This document shows, piece after piece, positions 12,430 through 25,379 of a stretch of 64,000 nucleotides of DNA (position 1 is its first letter; each line of letters begins with the position of its first letter). This stretch comes from Octopus sinensis (lineage: Eukaryota): contig NC_043007.1 in NCBI RefSeq assembly GCF_006345805.1, positions 54,746,001-54,810,000 of the forward strand, given 5' to 3'. A program made the position numbers and the translations under genes. The notes under the pieces were generated by a model. It did not search any database, was not told where the DNA came from, and worked only from the letters and a program-made list of their open reading frames with translations.

Positions 12430-15113
12430 TATATATATATCTTATGTATAAATGGTAATTTCTGCCTGTCTGTTACCATCTTGCTGCCCAAACCAGGGAA
12501 CCAATCTTTACCAAACTTTGTATACATGTTCAACTAACACCCAGTTCAATTATAGGCTAATTGGATTTCAATAATGGATTGATTATGGGGGTTGGGCTAG
12601 TACATGATAAAATGAGAGGGATGCAAAAATGTTAGATTGAGGGAAATGTGGCATAATGAGGGTGGCTGATATCAGGGAAGGGGAGGAGACAGGAAGAGAG
12701 ACACACAAGAAATGTGAGTGACAGGCAGGGACACTTCCATATATATAAAAGAGAGTTTGTATGTGTATGTGTGTGCATATCTTCCTTATGCTTTCAAAAA
12801 ACGGAGCTGCCAATTTTGACGTATTGAGTTTCAAAAGATTCAGTAATCTTACAATTACCAAATAAACTTTATTTTCATTTACATATTTGCATTACTAAAA
12901 TTTTACATTATAATCTTTTCTATAAGTCAACTATTGTAAACATTTTATACAATGAAGACATGGCATATTCTATACCTTAAAAGACATCCATTTCTCTACG
13001 TGTTATGAGGAAATACAATCACTCTCTCTTTCACATACATATGCACACATATATACAAAAAAGATGTATGCATATGTATTTATGTATGTGTATATGAAAG
13101 ATGTGTGTGTGTGAGAGAGAGAGAGAAACCGAGCAAGTGCCACTGACACGTATATGACAACACACCTTTACTCTCTCTCCTCTCTGTATCTCGCACACAA
13201 ACACACACACGTCCATTTTATATACATGTACATACATCTTTCACTTTCTCCTCTCACTTCAAAGCAAATGTCACAGTTTCACCTCTTTCAATTTCTGCTC
13301 TCTTTAAAGCATAAAGAAATAAAAAAAATTTACAGAATTTAACGAATACATTTGAAAACTGAGTTACCAATTTTGATGTATGGGGTATCAAAAGATTCAG
13401 TAATCTTTCAGCTAACAAATAAACTTTATTTTCATTTACATATTAGCATTACAAAAATTTAACATTATGATCTTTCTATAATTCAACTATCCTAAATGAC
13501 ATTTTATACCTTGACAACGTCACATTTTCTGTATGAGTGTGTACCTTAAAAGATATCCATTTCTCTATATAACCCATGCTAGCATGGAAAGCGGACGTTA
13601 AACGATGATGATGATGATGTTATGAGGAAATACAGTTTCTCACTTTCTTTCTCACATGCACACGCACACATACATACAAAAAAGATGTATGCATATATTT
13701 TTATGTATGTGTATATGAAAGATAATGTGTGTTTCAAAGAGAGAGAGAAAGAGCAAGTGGGTGCTAATGACACATGCAAAAAATACATACATGACAACAC
13801 ACACCTCCTCTCTCTTTCTCTCCCTCTCTCTCGCTCTCTCTCTCACACATATGTCCATTTTATATACATATATATACATCTTACACTTTCTTCTCTCTTT
13901 CACTTTCTGCTCTCACTTCAAAGCAAATGTTGCCTTTTCACTTTCTCTCTTTCAATTTCTGCTCTCTTTGAAGCATAAAGAAATTAAAAATTTTATGGAA
14001 ATTAACAAGCAATTATATGATGAGTTGACAACTTTCTTGCTTCAAATGAAAGAATACCATAAAATAACTTCCTTTGGCACACACACACACACTCTCTCGC
14101 TAAAACTTCTGTATGAATTATGTTATCTATTTGCAAGTGAAAAATTACTGCTCAAATCTGAGGTGACATTTGCCTCCTCCCGCCTGATTTTTTTCCCTAA
14201 ATTTCTTCCTGATCCCTATGTTTTCAATACAAGTGATAAGGATTTCGGCCAAAAAACACGTTCTCAATATTTAATTTTCTCTCTCCCCTTTGCAATTTCT
14301 TCATTTTTTACTTTTTCGAATTTTTTCTTGGTAATCCACAAGGAAAAAAAAACAGAGAGTACAAATCTTTATGAATTTTCTTCTTTCTTCTTTCTTAAAG
14401 ACACACTAAAATCTCCTTCCCAAGAATACACCCATCACTTTCAAAAAGCTACAATTTCCTAATGTTTCACTTTTAGCTTTTTGGAAAGCGGGGAAGTTTC
14501 TTCAGAAATATTGTCATTTACCTGTTGTTTCTAGCATGTCGGTGTTTCTAGTGGTACTCTAATATTTTTTACATCTGCTATTTCAGTACAATTCTATGCA
14601 TACATGAAACATCAGATGAAAGTGAAACACTGGGTGTTTTTAGCTTTTTGAAAGCAGGTAGGTGATGGGTGGGGAAAGGGGCATTGAGTGTTTTTTAAAG
14701 AAAAATTAAACTTTTGAAGAAAAAAATTTCTCAGATTTGCAATCACTATATTTTTCTACATGGATAAAAAAAAAAACATTTCATAAAAAAGATACAAATT
14801 AGGAAATTGCGGTGGGGATGGGGGGGGGGGGACTAAAATTTTGAAAATGTGATTTCTGAGCAAAATCATATTAACTCCCTTTCAAACGATGAAACAATAC
14901 ATAGTTAGTGATCCTTCTTAAGAACAGAAAGCACTTTCATGCAAACCCATGCAAATTGTACCCTCCCCCCTTCACTTTTAAACAAACAATAACTTTCAGT
15001 AATCCAGTTCACTATATATCAGCGCTCTGCTGATTCTGCTCATAAGAAAGGAACAAATAACACAATATGGCTGTAGGTCATAACACCCAGGCAACACCGG
15101 AATGCATTGCTAA
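12430..15113 (+). mobile_element. Helitron-like non-autonomous element with internal duplication (12790-13340 versus 13340-14000)
   Basis: 5' atatatatatc...ctgcctgtctg head. 3' ccaggcaacaccgg hairpin then gctaat (degenerate CTAG). 14790-15110 recurs at 27610-27915. Confidence 0.55.
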
Positions 15114-15115
15114 TA

Positions 15116-18100
15116 GAGTAGATCCCACTTTATAAATTCACTGATAATAAATCCACCCATTTAATGTATCCAAAATGGGTCGGAATGGAATTTTTACACA
15201 TAAAATCGCTAGTTTAATAAATCTAATTGTCACTGCTCCTTCTTAAAGTTTCAACATGTTGCAGTGAATGAATGAAGTGCTTTTTTTCACTCTTAAATAC
15301 TGACAGGTAGGCTCCAGCAGCCACAGCCAGCCAGCTGTCATGCAGTACATTCCATCATCCAAAAATAGATCAATAAATATGTAGTAGTTGACAGTGGCTG
15401 CTGAAGTCTACCACACAACCCTGTCATTCAAGCAAAAAAAAAAAGGCTCCAAGACACCTTGTCAAAATTGTGTGCCCTTCTCATTCATTGCATAATGGTG
15501 TGGACACGTGACAGCTGGCTGGTTGTGGCTGATGGAGCCTACCTGTCAGTATTTAAGGGCCAAAGAGACATGTCATTCATCATTTGTGCAGAGAGGCAGA
15601 CATACACACAAGTTGTTCAAAATGAAAAGAGAGAGGCAAGACAAATCTGTGGCAGAAAAGATTCAATTGTTAGAATGTTACAAAGCTCTTGGAAAAACAA
15701 CTCAGTGGGAAGCAGCACAGAGTTTAGGAATTTCAAGAGGTCTGCTCCAGAATTTGCTAAAGAATGAGGATGACCTTTGTGCCAAAGAACATGATGGCTG
15801 TTCATCAAAGAGAAAGTGCCAGCGAGAAGGAAAAGACCAACAGACAGACTGTGCTCTCTACGATTGGTTTCAATTTATTCACTTGAGAAATGTCCCTGTC
15901 AATGGCCCGATCCTAATGCACAAAGCCAACACCATTGCTCCAATTGGTAGACATGATTTTAAGGTATCTGAAAGTTGGTTTTGCTGTTGGCAAAAAAGAC
16001 ATAGAATCTTTCTTATGGTTCTAAAAGGTAAGCATTGTAGTTCACTAGTTCACATTTTTCTCTTTAGAGAACACAAATTAAACATCCCATACTTTGCAGG
16101 TGATGCAGCTGAAGCTGATGTCAATGGAGCCCATCAATTTCATGAGACGATCATGCAGCTTCTGTTGAAATTGTATAGGCCACAGGACATCTACAATGCT
16201 AATGAAACTGGGATTTACTTTCGTGCATTACCAGGAAATACGTATGTCTACGAGAGATGCAAGAAAACTGTGAGGAGTTAAGACAGCAAAGGACCATGTG
16301 ACCTTGATGGTGGCCTGCAACATGAATGGAGACAAAGAAGACTTGCTCTTAATTGGAAAGGCTGGTTCACCAAGATACTTCAAAAATGTCAAAACACTTC
16401 CAATTCAGTATGACTTTTCAACCAATGCTTAGATGACAAAATCTATGGAAGTTGGCTCAGATCTTGGGATCATCGTTTGCAAGAATCTGGAAGACAACTG
16501 GTGGTCCTACTTGACAGTTGCTCTCCTCATGTAGTCATTGATGATCTCAAGAATATCACTTTAAAATTTCTTCTTCCCAACACAAGGTCAGTGCTGCTGG
16601 CCTGTGACATGGGGATAATCAAGCCCTTGAGGCCTACTTCAGACATGAAATGCACAAGAAGATCATTGATGTTTTGGAAGACACTGAACGTGACATTTTT
16701 GCAAAGCGGATCACCATTTTGGTTGCCATGTACATGTTAAGTGTAACTTGGAAGGAGGTCTCTAGCCAGACAATCAAACATTGTTAAATCAAAGCTGGTT
16801 TTGTTTCTGCTAAAGAATCAAATGAAACCATAGATATTAACAAAGATTTGATCCTGCCTTTACTGCCTACTGGATTGACCAAAAAGCAATTCGAGAACTA
16901 GCTGTCTGTAGATGATGGGGCTGTTGTTGCTCCAGGGATCATCACTGAAGAAGAAAACTAGACGAGATCATTCATGACATTCGGCAATCTGAGAAGGAAA
17001 CCAGAGGAGAAGATGGCAATTCCAATGTTGATGAAAGAGTCCCGGAGCCTCCAACACCATTTGAAATGAGATGCTATCTAACTTGATTAGAAAGTGGCCT
17101 TGAAAGTTTTGATTTCAGTGACATGGCTCTTTTTAGAACTCTTAAGGAAAAAAATCAATGCAGAGTTGCAAACAAAGCATCCAGTAAGGCAAACAACACT
17201 CAACAAATTTTTCATTCAATGACATTTTTTATAATGTTTTTATTTGTGCATTCACATGTTTGTATATTAATAAATACACATGTTTAATCAATATCATTAA
17301 ATCATTAAAAATGTTTTAGCCCGAAGGCCGCAGCCATGCTGGGGCACCACCGCTGAATGAGCTACACTAATTTGTAAATCCACCTCTGATACATGGCACT
17401 TGATCAACAAGGGAGTTCGATGCTGCTGCCCGCATCCATGTCTCCTGTCGTGAGGTAGGCTCATCTGGGACTCCCAACAAGAAGAGATTCAGTTTAGTTT
17501 TAAAGAAACCCACATCCACACCATGTAACTCTCTCAGGCATTTAGGGAGGATGTTAAAGAGCTGTGGTCCTCTGAAACCCAAGCTGTTGCAGTATCTGGA
17601 CCTGTATTTTGATGGTGATGTTGGAATCCTTGGCACCATGCAGTGGCGCCCCGTTCTGCGGTTGGAGTAACTTTTAATGCCAAAGTTTGGGACAAGACCC
17701 TCCAGGATTTTCCAGATGTATATCACCGCATATCTCTCCCGCCTCCGCTCTAGGGAGAAGAGGTTTAATACCTTCAGTCTTTCCCAGTAGCTGATATTTT
17801 GCATTGAGACGATTTTCTTTGTGTAGCTTCCCTGAATTGCTTCGAGTTCTGCTGGTTTATATTGTGTGGTGACCAAAGTTGGGAGCAGTAGTCCAAGCGG
17901 CTGAGGACGAATGTTTTCCATAGGACCATCAGTGTCTCCTTCTCTCTTGTTCTGAAAGTTCGGAGAATCCATCCAGCTAGCCGTCTGCATTTTATCACCA
18001 GATTAGCAATATGCATTTGGAAAGATGCATCATTGCTCATGTCAATGCCCAGGTCACGCACTGATTTTGACTCAGGGATTGCAATTCTTCCTGGGCCAGT

Positions 18101-18474
18101 GTATCCAGTCTTCACGTCATTTACCTTTGTGTGCCAGTAGCGCAGGGCCTGGAACTTACCTGCATTAAACTGCATGTTGTTGTCCTCAGCCCACCTGTAT
18201 ATTGTGTCCAGCTCATGTTGCAGATGCGCAATATTTTCAGGGTTTTGTATTGCGTGGGAGACTTTTGTGTCATCTGCATAGCTAGCAAGGGTGGTCATCG
18301 TAGCAACTGAAGGCATGTCTGAAAGGGCCACTATGAACATCAGTGGCCCCAAGACAGTGCCCTGTGGGACACCGCTTGTTTTTTGCGAATTTTGTTCCCT
18401 CTGTTAATAAATACCTCGTTTAATAAATCTAAAATAGGGGTCCCAAGATGGATTTATAAAGTGGGGGTCTACTG
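15116..18474 (+). mobile_element. Tigger/pogo (Tc1-mariner) DNA transposon, decayed, with nested LINE
   Basis: TIRs gagtagatcccacttttataaattc and gatggatttataaagtgggggtctactg, both flanked by TA. CENP-B HTH (ALYDWF..H.RNVPVNGPIL..KA) and DDE_1 (NANETGIYFRALP; LDSCSPH; PNTRSVL.ACDMGII) remnants at 15620-17220. Confidence 0.88.
17312..18380 (-). mobile_element. 5'-truncated CR1-group LINE nested in the Tigger element
   Basis: VPQGTVLGPLMF, YADDTK, W...NNMQFN..KFQ, RDLGI, SRLDYCSQLWSPH, LNLFSLERRRERY. One frameshift between the ORFs at 17774-18352 and 17367-17990. Confidence 0.9.
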
Positions 18475-18484
18475 TATATATATA

Positions 18485-18730
18485 TACGAGGGTGAGTCAA
18501 AAAGTAATGCCATTTTGTTTAGGACAGGTATAATTACCAACACAGGAACATGTATCATACATCAAAATGAAGCTGGTCTTCTGTGGATCACATCCCTACT
18601 TCTCAACATAGTCACTGTTTCTCTCAATAGCAATGTTCCACCTTTGAATGAGAGCATGTATCCCTGCCCCTTGAAATTCTGTTGACTGTTCTTTGAGACA
18701 CTTCACTACAGTTTTCACTTCCTCATCACT
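18485..18730 (+). mobile_element. Mariner-type terminal fragment
   Basis: TA + cgagggtgagtcaaaaagtaatgcc, a typical mariner TIR start. Confidence 0.55.
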
Positions 18731-19349
18731 AGACTATCATCTCTTCGGCCCCATGAGAGAATGTTTGAGAGGCTTTACACTAGCTACAGATACGGCCTGT
18801 AACCCTTAGTAGTTGACTCATAGGAACTTCCAATTGTCCTTTATGCTATGTATCTCTAACTCCTCATTTTCATTGGTTGCTCTGACTAGAATTCCTCTAA
18901 ATTTCTAACTTTGTTGGGTCTTTGGGCTTCTATATTTTTCTTTTCCCAACTTGATTGTTTTTCCAAGTCCTACTTCTAGAAGTCACCAATCACTAACCTA
19001 TGCTGGGTTATACATTCAACACATGGGAAAAACTTTGCATTTACAAGCATCTGTTTATCCCATTTTCAGGTAAGAATGTAGTCAATCTTGCTTGTGATCA
19101 TGTGGCTAGCTGGTTCCCTAGTGTTGCAAACCATCAAGTCATTATCATTTCAGAATTCCAGCTTTCTTGTTCCCTCCTGATTTTCTAGTACCAAAGCCAT
19201 AACCTTCATGCACACTGTGAAATCCACCAGTGTGCACTGCTCAGCATGTCAGGTGAAGTCTCTAACCACAATAATGAAGTTACTGTTATTCTTCATTGAA
19301 TTAATTTGTAAAAGACTTCATAAAATTGGTCTTTCTGTTCATCTGCCAA

Positions 19350-19780
19350 CTGAGACTGATGTATAAGAGGAGATAAATGTAACTTGTTTTATCTGGGACT
19401 AATCTTAGCATGATTATCCTATCATACACTCTGACTGAAACACTTCATCTACCCATTTTCTACCAAAAGTATGCCTACATCTTTCACTCCATTATGGGTG
19501 CCTACCCCAAAGAATTTATACTTATGTTCTTTGACCATGAGGAATATGAAGCTCCTCTCCATTTTAACTCTTGCACATAGCACAGGTCTATGTTGCCTCT
19601 GTTCTAGCATTTCAGTAATCTCACCAATCCTAGCTTTCATTTTACTAACATTGATTGTGTCTGCTCTAAAGTTGTGCACTTGAAAGAAAGAGTGGACAAG
19701 TGGTTGCAAGGAGAAGGGAAAAAAAAGAAAGGAGCAATAGAGATGTGGGGAGTTTAGGTTTCTGGCCAACAAGAAGAAAC
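19350..19780 (-). mobile_element. RTE LINE AP-endonuclease N-terminal fragment
   Basis: TINVSKMKARIGEITEMLE..., KEHKYKFF.V.T.NGV..VGILL, homologous to 41223-41462. Confidence 0.7.
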
Positions 19781-20579
19781 AATAGTAGAAGAGGGTACAT
19801 AGTAAGAATTCATATCTTTATATGTAAGTATTATACACCTACAGGTACACTTGTATGAATATACATACACACATACATGCACATACTTTCACACATATAT
19901 TTGAAGAAAGATTTGCTTAAGTTAAAAATGATCAATTATATTAAAAAATCGTGTTCTCTGCAAGATAATATGACAGCCTCTAGAAAGAAACTTCAATAAT
20001 TATAGATTGAATGAGCCTCTGTAAGATGCAGAAGAGTGGAAAAGTCTAAAGAAATGTAAAAGAGAGATGGCATTGTTATATAAGTCTGAGGTAGTGGTGC
20101 TCAAGAACAAAGTTGTACTCATGATGATGGACGAAAAGGAAATAGATTAGATCTGTGAAAATGTTTTATACCATTTTTTAAAAGTTATCAGTGATACTCC
20201 ATCCTCCATTATTATAAATGTTGGAAGAAGTGTCACACATTCTGCTCAGTGAAGTTGAGAATGCATTAATATTGAGGAAAAGAGATAAAACCCTAGGAAA
20301 AGATGGTACAGCAACAAGGAGTAGAAAAGAGTAGTTAGAAATCTTTGTCCTGCATCACAGTTTATATTTGAAAGATGGAAACCAAAAATACCTTCACTGT
20401 GGAACACTACCTTATTTTATAAGATGAGTGACAGGGAAGGTCTGAGAAACTGTTGACCCATATGTCTCACTGATACAAACTGTTTGAAAAGATCATAGCC
20501 ACCAGACTATCAAAACAATTTGACCACCAACAGCCAAATTTTTTGATAGAAGATCAAGCAGTTCCTAGACTGATTGAAA

Positions 20580-21660
20580 GAGTATCAGCTGCCTCCCTTG
20601 TGTCACCTTTATTGGCCTCAATTGTGACCGTTATCCTTTGCTGGTGTTCTGGTATCTGTCTAGATGTTTTCTGAAGGAGGAAGCTCTCGTGTTCAGATGT
20701 TCTTTGATGCAAATGTGTAACGGTTTTGTTGTGCTACCCACATAGAACTTGATGCATTTGTTACATTGTATTCTATACACAACATTTACCCATTGGCACA
20801 AATCTGTGTCATGGATGGGGCAGTTAGCTAGTGTGCATTGATTGCTGTCCCTTGCTCATACTCGCATCCTCCCATGAAGAGGCACACAGAATATTCATGA
20901 CATTCAACAACATGGACATGAGCATACAGTTCACTATAGAACATCCCAACAACACTGGATCCCTACTCGACTTCCAACTGAAAATAACAGAAGAAGGAGA
21001 GATCCACACCGAGTTCTACTGGAAAGCGGCCAGTAGAGATATGTTTGTTCAGCCCTTTCATTCAGTGCCAAAATAGGATACGCCAGAAGTGAACTTGCAC
21101 ACATCCAGAGCAAGTGCAGCAGGACAGAGGACAAGGTGACCCACACCACATGCTTCCTAGAGATATTGAAAACCAACAGGTACCTTATATCCATTGCAAC
21201 ACATGCTTCCTTAAAATACTCTATTTTAGTGAGACGATAACTACAGCCATCCGAAGAGCCATAAGAAAAGAAGGACTAGACATACAATTGGCCCACTCTG
21301 GCCCCTCTCTGAGAAGACACCTTGCAAAGAAACGAGCAAGGGACAACAATCAATGCACACTAGCTAACTGCCCCATCTGCGACACAAATTTATGCCAATA
21401 GGTAAATGTTGTGTATAGAATACAATGTAACAAATGCAACAAGTTCTATGTGGGTAGCACAACAAAACCGTTACACATTCGCATCAAAACATCTAGACAG
21501 ATGCTGGAACACCGGCAAAAGCATAACAGTCACAATTGAGGCCAATGAAAGAAATTTGGGTAATCTAAGAATTAAGGAAGCTATCCTTATAGACAGACTA
21601 GGGCCCCAAATTAACAACAGGCTGGAGGTGGGCAATCAATATATTATTTAGCTACATCTG
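20580..21660. mobile_element. Second decayed PLE (Penelope/Poseidon-like) with inverted 5' copy of its endonuclease region
   Basis: + strand 20850-21650: IQFTIEH....LLDFQL.I, CTLANCPIC, VVYRIQCNKCNKFYVGSTTKPLHIRIK, IKEAILI....PQIN. 20580-20855 is the reverse complement of about 21335-21570. Confidence 0.85.
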
Positions 21661-21970
21661 GATGCATGTAGGTTCATTTTTGATAACTTGCTTATGTATT
21701 TTATATAAAAAAAACTGCACGTGTAATACATAACTTAGAAGCAGCACTATGGATGTGCCAGCACACACGAACTTGAGACATGGCCACCCTCATTCACTTC
21801 TCATGAGGAATTCCGGAAGCAGCTTTGTGAGACCACTGCAGAGATGCTTCCAGAAAAAAAAAATTCAGTAAACTGTTGGAAAACCGATTATAGCAGTGAC
21901 TTGATCAATTCCTAGCAATATCAGAAGAAGGAATTTTTGTATTTCAAAATATTATTATCATATCAGACTA

Positions 21971-22377
21971 TGGATAATTAAATTATAACAGTTATTATAG
22001 TCCACTTTGCATTGTTGTGCCATTCAAGACACGTTATATTTTAAATGTTATAATTTAAAATGTGATCTGTTGGCTTAAAATAAAAATTTATGGAATTAAT
22101 TGACTTCAGCATACTGCTTCAACACTCACCAAAATCCATCTACCTGGAAGTTCATTAGCATCATAGATCAAATTAGTTGAGTGGATATGCTAACGAACTT
22201 CCAGGTAGATGGATTTTGGTGAGTGTTGAAGCAGTATGCTGAAGTCAATTAATTCCATAAATTTTTATTTTAAACCAACAGATCACATTTTAAATTATAA
22301 CATTTAAAATATAACGTGTCTTGAATGGCACAACAATGCAGAGTGGACTATAATAACTGTTATAATTTAATTATCCA
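21971..22377. repeat. Near-perfect long inverted repeat (191-bp arms, 25-nt loop)
   Basis: 21971-22161 versus 22187-22377; three mismatches by manual comparison. Confidence 0.95.
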
Positions 22378-23239
22378 TCTGACATCAGTGTGAAGCTCAA
22401 GATGGTAAGTGTGCCTACATCTCAAAAGTACAACCATCAACTTAAGAAATTAAATATTCAAAATCAGTTGATTAATTCTTCTAACAAGTTTTATAAAAAA
22501 AATTTTAAACTTATTGTAACAGAGTAATGTTACTATTTGTTATGTAGTTTAAGAATATTATTTATTTTAATCTTTTAGAATTCAGATTAGTTTGTCAAAT
22601 GTATTGCTTTTTTGGAATTAGTCATGCATTATCTTGTAGCTTTGGGATTTCAATTATGGGTTTGTTTACTTTTAGTATGACATAGGATAGATGTAGGAGA
22701 CTGTATTTGGCCAGTTTGAACATAAAACAAATAGAATATTATGGCTGGATATGACCAATTTGTATACTAAAGGGCTAAATATGATTTCAGGATGGGTTTC
22801 AGTATTTTGTATAATAGATTTTTAATTCTAATATTAAACAATTTTAGTGTTGCATGAAAACATCAGATGTACACAGTAAATTGATTAAGATATAAGCAAT
22901 GTGGTCTATTTTGAGCTTAGTCTGTTTATATCCTAACTAGGGCTTTATCTGTCGCTGTGCTACCAGTAAAAATATTGGTTAATCATGCATGTACCTAGCT
23001 TTTAATAATAGACTGTTATATAGTAGTTACTGTGGTGAAGATATTAGACTAAAAGTTTCAAAGATTTCCTTTGCTGTTCTGAATTCATGATTTAAAAGGA
23101 TAAAATCTGTGCTACATATGCTCAGTCTGAAGTTTATAGATTATATTTAGATGAGAACTTCTTGGTTAAAAATGAGGCCTCATAAAGTTCATTTCTAATA
23201 ATGAACATCTGTTGAAAGTTAATCATTTTATATCTTTTA

Positions 23240-23520
23240 TTATCTTTTACTTGTTTCAGTCTTTGGACTGTGGCCATGTTGGAGCACTGCTATGAGGCAT
23301 TTAGCTGAACAGATTGACTCCAGTATTTATTTTTAAACTTGATACTTACTCTATTGGTCTTTTTCTGCTGAACCACTAAGTTACAGGGTGTAAACAAACC
23401 AGCAACAGTTGTTGAGCAGTGGTAGGGAACAGCTACAGTTGAAGATATTTGCCCAAGGTACTGTGCAAGACCACATGGTCTGGAAGCAAGCTTTTCAGCA
23501 CACAGCTATGCCTGTGCTTA
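23240..23520 (-). mobile_element. Degenerate SINE-like repeat (tail ggtgctccagcatggcc...gactgaaacaagtaaaag)
   Basis: Shares sequence with 45290-45460, 24580-24720, 53130-53320 and 55480-55680. Confidence 0.6.
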
Positions 23521-24892
23521 TATATTAAGCAATATTTTAGATGTGTCTGATTTTAGATTTTATGCGAGCTAAAGTAACAAAATAGCTGAATGGATAAAAG
23601 ATCTGAATCTTCAATTCATGGTTTAAATCTTTTGAGAAATTTAAAATGTAATCAATTCTCATCCTTTTATAACTGATGGAATTTCTCTGATTTGCTTATA
23701 GAAACTAGAGTTAAACACTAGCCCTATGGAATCTTGTAGTTTACATTAAAAAAATAAAAACTTTTTGAAAAGACAATATTCTTTGAATTTTATTTTGTTA
23801 TGATGCAATGGTAAGTGTGGGGGTAATATCTGTGAAAATAAAACTTAACTATGATAAAATATAAGCTTAGAACTTTCACTAATTGTACAATGGTCAGTAT
23901 TGTTGTTAACTATAGCTGAGATTGTATGTGAACAATATCTGCATTTCACAACAAGTACTTCTTTCAGACAATAAGTACAATACTAATATAATAATGTTTA
24001 CAGTAGGATATGTTTTAAAGAAGAGCTGTTTTCCACTTACATATATTTTTATCATCATCATAATTTAATGTTCTCCTTCCATGCTGGCATAAGTTGGACA
24101 GTTTGACAGGAGGGAGCCTGTGCTATGCTTCTGCATCTGTTTGGGTATGGTTTTTACAGCTAGATGCCCTTCCTAACACCAACCACTCCATAAAGTGGGC
24201 TGAGTACATTTTATGTGGCACTTGCACAGGCGAGGTCAGTTTTGGCATGGTTTTTACAGTGTGGACTGGATGCTTTTTAAGTGGTACCTGCACTGGTGGG
24301 TTCACCAAGTGACTTTGCAAGACAAAGACTTTTTGAGAAGGGAGGGAGCATTGGAGGAGGCGATCTTATGTCAGATTATGAAAGATTAGTCTGACAGAGA
24401 GGCAGAAACAGATGTCTTGCTGTAGAGGAGGTCCATGGTTACCCAGTGAGAGAGAGAAAGAGAGCGAGAGTTAACAAGAATGGGGGCAGAAACAGGTTTA
24501 TTGCTGTAGAGGAGATACATGATTACTCAGCCAGAGGGGAGAGCAAAGGCTAAGAGAGAGAGTGAGCAGAAAACTTACTTTAGTCTTTGGAAGGGTTTAG
24601 TCAAACAAATTGACCCCAGTTACTTATTTTTAAGTTTTGTACTTATTCTATCAGTCTCTTTTACTGAACACCAACTACTTATGGGAATTTAAACAAATCA
24701 ACACTTGTTATCAAGCAGTGAGAGAGGGACACATGCATGCACACACACCATGTGTATGCCCACACACTGGCAAGGCATTGCTCAGCCTGGGGCTATAGCA
24801 GAAGACGCTTGTCAAAACTATGTGGCTAAAAAATGAGCTTTGTAACCACACATCTATGCTTGAACCTATATGTATATAATTTGATATTTCAG

Positions 24893-25030
24893 GAAAAAAA
24901 ATTATATGGTGAGAATGGAATGAAAAATTTAACAAAACTTGGAAATTTCAGTGACTTTTGGAATCTGGACTTGGAACCAATTTTGATACCTCGAGTCTCA
25001 GGGACACCTGGAAACATTAAAGTTCGAGAG
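24893..25030 (+). CDS. QPCT: Glutaminyl-peptide cyclotransferase (QPCT/QPCTL family), internal coding exon (equivalent to vertebrate exon 2)
   Basis: tttcag acceptor, 138 nt, phase 0/0, gtttgt donor. Encodes EKKLYGENGMKNLTKLGNFSDFWNLDLEPILIPRVSGTPGNIKVRE, resembling the QC N-terminal L.P.LI.R.PG.PG...R segment. Confidence 0.88.
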
Positions 25031-25379
25031 GTTTGTGAAATAATATTCTATTTTTAGCTTTTGGAAGATGTTTGTTTTCAGTTTTCTTTTAGTAGTCCTG
25101 TAACAGTTGTTAGCTTGCTTTATTAATTTGTTTTATGATAAATTTTCCATGCTTGCATGAGTTGGATGAATATATTGAGGTTTTACATGTATGGAATCAC
25201 TTATTCTGCATGGCTTTAAAAGCATGAAGTGACTAAGACAATTTGTTTACGAGAGAAGCTGACAGCAACACTGCTTGCTGCACTTTTGTACAAGCAATTA
25301 CAGATATGAACATACATATATGCATTTACAAATGTATTTATGTATATACTGGGTGTTCATTGTAATACATTTCATTTTC

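Noticed and set aside
13622-14462. ORFs of 118-245 aa
   Set aside because: Low-complexity translations of (CA)/(CT)/(TA) repeats in a duplicated non-coding element; no domain motifs.
21800-21900. Possible hammerhead after the second PLE (ctgcaga...gaaaac)
   Set aside because: The core is mutated and stems I and III cannot be formed.
22380-22410. caagATG|gtaagt as an ATG-only first exon
   Set aside because: The phase fits, but it would give no signal peptide and it overlaps the edge of the hairpin; there is no other support.
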